Made by a program: the position numbers and the translations under genes
Part shown: in pieces, positions 29,718 through 32,000 of the stretch
Position numbering within the stretch: position 1 is the stretch's first letter
Layout: every line of letters starts with the position of its first letter
The notes under the pieces: model-generated
Told to the model about the DNA's origin: nothing
The model's input: only the letters and a program-made list of their open reading frames with translations
The model's database searches: none
DNA from: Bacillus subtilis subsp. subtilis str. 168
GTDB lineage: Bacteria; Bacillota; Bacilli; Bacillales; Bacillaceae
Reading direction: 5' to 3'
NCBI RefSeq assembly: GCF_000009045.1
Contig: NC_000964.3
Span: forward strand, 2,550,001 to 2,582,000
DNA: 32,000 nucleotides

Positions 29718-30646
29718 TACACTTTCCTCCTAGATGACAAGTAGCGAATAAGCAGGATGAACAAGAATGACATCACCAGAAGCACAAGCCCCATTGACCA
29801 CAGCGTATTGTTTTCAACACTTCCGTATGTGGTGTGGCCCATATTCAGCGTGATGATCGTTGTCAGCGTTCCCGCAGTGTCAAACGGGCTTTCCGGCAAT
29901 ACTCTTGTATTTCCAATGACCATCTGAACAGCCAAAGCTTCACCGAACGCCCGAGCCATGCCTAACACAACAGCTGTCATCAATGTTGGAAAAGCTGCAG
30001 GCACAAGTACTTTTCTGATCGTCTGCCATCTTGTGGCACCAAGCGCGTAAGAACCCTCTCGTAAACTCTTCGGAAGAGAAGCCATTGCATCAGCAGAAAT
30101 CGATGTGATCGTCGGCAGAATCATGACGGAAAGGACAATCGTTCCCGCCAATAAACTGTGCCCTGTTCCGCTCGATTTGAACTGGGCGATAAACGGCACC
30201 AATACTGTAAGACCTATGAATCCATAAACAACAGATGGAATACCGACTAAAAGCTCAATCACCGGCTGCAGCACTTTCTTTCCCCAATTCGGGGCAATCT
30301 CTGTCATAAAAATCGCACCTGCAATGCCAAGCGGCGCAGCGATTAGAGCAGAAAGAATCGTTACTGCAAATGAGCCAAAAATAAATGGCAGCACTCCGTA
30401 TTTCGGATCACTATCTGTAGGATTCCAATTTAAGCTCGTTAAGAATTCAATTGGGCTTACACCATTTACAAGAAAAGATTGCAGCCCCTTAACGCCGAGG
30501 AAAATGGTAATCGCAACAGATGCCGCAATCATAATCAGTGCACAAGCTGTGACTATCATTCTTCCCCGAACTTCATCCAATTGCCGATTTTGCCTAGAGC
30601 TGATTAAGCGCTCGCTCACAGACATATTTTCTCTATTGTTTATCAT
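29717..30646 (-). CDS. pstC: Phosphate ABC transporter permease
   Basis: 309 aa, PstC-type permease, VGIPSVVYGFIGL, MARAFGEALAVQMVIGN. Confidence 0.95.
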   Translation of the reverse strand: MINNRENMSVSERLISSRQNRQLDEVRGRMIVTACALIMIAASVAITIFLGVKGLQSFLVNGVSPIEFLTSLNWNPTDSDPKYGVLPFIFGSFAVTILSALIAAPLGIAGAIFMTEIAPNWGKKVLQPVIELLVGIPSVVYGFIGLTVLVPFIAQFKSSGTGHSLLAGTIVLSVMILPTITSISADAMASLPKSLREGSYALGATRWQTIRKVLVPAAFPTLMTAVVLGMARAFGEALAVQMVIGNTRVLPESPFDTAGTLTTIITLNMGHTTYGSVENNTLWSMGLVLLVMSFLFILLIRYLSSRRKV

Positions 30647-30714
30647 TGTTTTACACTCCTATGAATGTGTTAAGAGGAGAAACGGTTGTCCCCGCACTCC
30701 TCTTTTTATTAAGA

Positions 30715-31617
30715 TCAGCTTTGCTTCCCGTTGGCATCACGTGTCACTTTCATATCAGTAACCGGAATGTAGCCTTGGTCAGTAACAATGCTTTTTTGAA
30801 TGTCTTCACTCTTTAGATAATCAAGAAATTCTTTAGCTAAACCTGTCGCTTCACCTTTTGTATAAGAATGTTGATAAGCCCAGATCGGATACTCGCCAGT
30901 TGCTACATTTTTCGCTTCAGGTTTAACACCGTCAATAGATAGAGCAGTTACTTTGTCATCTGTTAAATATGAGAATGCAAGATATCCAATCGCTCCCGGA
31001 GTATCAGCAATGATCTTTTTCACCGTGTTGGAGGAATCTTCAGTAATGCCTTCTGCAGGCTCCGCTCCGTCAAGCGCATATTTCACAAATGTAGCACGTG
31101 TGCCGGAAGAATCAGGGCGGTTTACAAGTGTAATCTTTTGGTCTTTGCCGCCGAGCTCTTTCCAGTTTTTGATTTTGCCAGTGAAGATTTTTTTCAATTC
31201 ATCTTTTGAAATATCCTTTACACCAGCATCAGGGTTTACAGCTGCTGCCATACCAACTACAGCGACTTGATGATCGACAAGCGCTTTTGCATCGATGCCT
31301 TCTTTTTCTTCAGCAAAAACGTCTGAATTCCCGATCTGAACAGCTCCTTCAGAGACTTGAGAAAGCCCTGTTCCAGAACCGCCAGCTTGTACCTGTATAT
31401 CAGCATCAGGGTTTTCTTCCATAAATTTTTCCGCGGCTGCAAGTACTAGTGGCTGCATTGCCGATGAACCAGAAATGGTTAAAGAACCTGATGCCTTTTC
31501 TTCTCCTTTTGCAGAATCGCTATTCGATTTTTTACTTTCTCCTGCATTTCCGCATGCAGCTGCAATCATCATAAAAGCAGCCATCAGAAGCATAAGCACC
31601 AATTTGTTTTTTTTCAT
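30715..31617 (-). CDS. pstS: Phosphate-binding lipoprotein
   Basis: 300 aa, lipobox (IAAACGNAG), GSLTISGSSAMQPL, RPDSSGTRATFVKY. Confidence 0.97.
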   Translation of the reverse strand: MKKNKLVLMLLMAAFMMIAAACGNAGESKKSNSDSAKGEEKASGSLTISGSSAMQPLVLAAAEKFMEENPDADIQVQAGGSGTGLSQVSEGAVQIGNSDVFAEEKEGIDAKALVDHQVAVVGMAAAVNPDAGVKDISKDELKKIFTGKIKNWKELGGKDQKITLVNRPDSSGTRATFVKYALDGAEPAEGITEDSSNTVKKIIADTPGAIGYLAFSYLTDDKVTALSIDGVKPEAKNVATGEYPIWAYQHSYTKGEATGLAKEFLDYLKSEDIQKSIVTDQGYIPVTDMKVTRDANGKQS

Positions 31618-31679
31618 TTCCTGAATTCCCCCTGCGTATAATGTGTAATTTGTCCTACACGTATAGAGTAAAGGTTCTA

Positions 31680-31718
31680 TGTAAAAAGGGTTTGAACCGA
31701 ATGTTAAGGTTTTGTAAA
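31680..31718 (-). promoter_or_regulatory. PhoP-binding Pho-box array upstream of pstS
   Basis: Minus strand TTTACA-N5-TTAACA-N5-TTCAAA-N5-TTTACA: four TT(A/T/C)ACA-like repeats at exact 11-nt periodicity. Confidence 0.92.
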
Positions 31719-31736
31719 TCAGTGCGTTTTTTGTAT

Positions 31737-31771
31737 AAAAAAAACGCCCACATCATGTGAGCGTTTTTTTT
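31737..31771. terminator. Intrinsic terminator of pbpA
   Basis: AAAAAAACGCCCACATCATGTGAGCGTTTTTTTTT; stem with A/T tracts on both sides. Confidence 0.88.
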
Positions 31772-32000
31772 TAGTTATCAGAAGACGTTGTGTTTTCTGC
31801 ATTTTCTTCAATTTTGTCTTTATTCTTTTGCTGAGTACCTTCTTTGTCCTGCTTCGATTTCAGCTCAAAATATTTATCCATTACTTCCCTGCCGATTTCG
31901 TTTGTAATTGAGTATCTTTGATTGTAATCAATGTAAGTCCAAGGAACTACGACAGAAATAGCAATCTCAGGATTGTCAGCTGGTGCATAAGCCACAAGCG
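31771..32000 (-). CDS. pbpA: Penicillin-binding protein 2A, C-terminal end (start outside window)
   Basis: LMAYAPADNPEIAISVVVPW is typical of class B PBP C-terminus; located upstream of pstS as in B. subtilis. Confidence 0.88.
   Translation of the reverse strand, partial: LVAYAPADNPEIAISVVVPWTYIDYNQRYSITNEIGREVMDKYFELKSKQDKEGTQQKNKDKIEENAENTTSSDN

Noticed and set aside
30672-30704. pstS-pstC hairpin as an intrinsic terminator for the operon
   Set aside because: The T-run is on the 5' side relative to pst transcription, so it does not form a U-tract; reported as a possible processing element instead.

Overview
From recognised protein sequences and gene order, this window is an ordinary core-chromosome segment of Bacillus subtilis or a very close relative. 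Left to right: yqhH (5' truncated by the window), yqhG, sinI-sinR, the biofilm operon tapA-sipW-tasA (minus strand), yqzG, the competence pseudopilus operon comGA-GG with yqzE (minus), a short CBS-domain-like gene remnant, corA, yqhB, rsbRD, a lone tRNA-Gln, mgsR, yqgY-X-W-V-U-T-S, glcK-yqgQ-gluP, yqgO, yqgN, rpmGA, yqgM-yqgL, a divergent yqzD-yqzC pair, the pst phosphate-transport operon (pstS-C-A-BA-BB) and the 3' end of pbpA. I found no CRISPR array, prophage, transposon or defence island, and no evidence for a previously undescribed large system. The items most worth a second look are: (1) comGF, whose pseudopilin signal lies upstream of the only canonical start codon; (2) the translationally coupled yqzD-yqzC pair, which reads like a SwrB-like coiled-coil/HTH-like membrane protein plus an MltG N-terminal-like domain without a catalytic domain; (3) the CBS-domain remnant between comGA and corA; (4) a second SinR-operator-like palindrome upstream of tapA; (5) a terminator-like hairpin inside the 3' end of yqgT. 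Four genuine genes shorter than 60 aa (sinI, yqzE, yqgO, rpmGA) are absent from the supplied ORF track.
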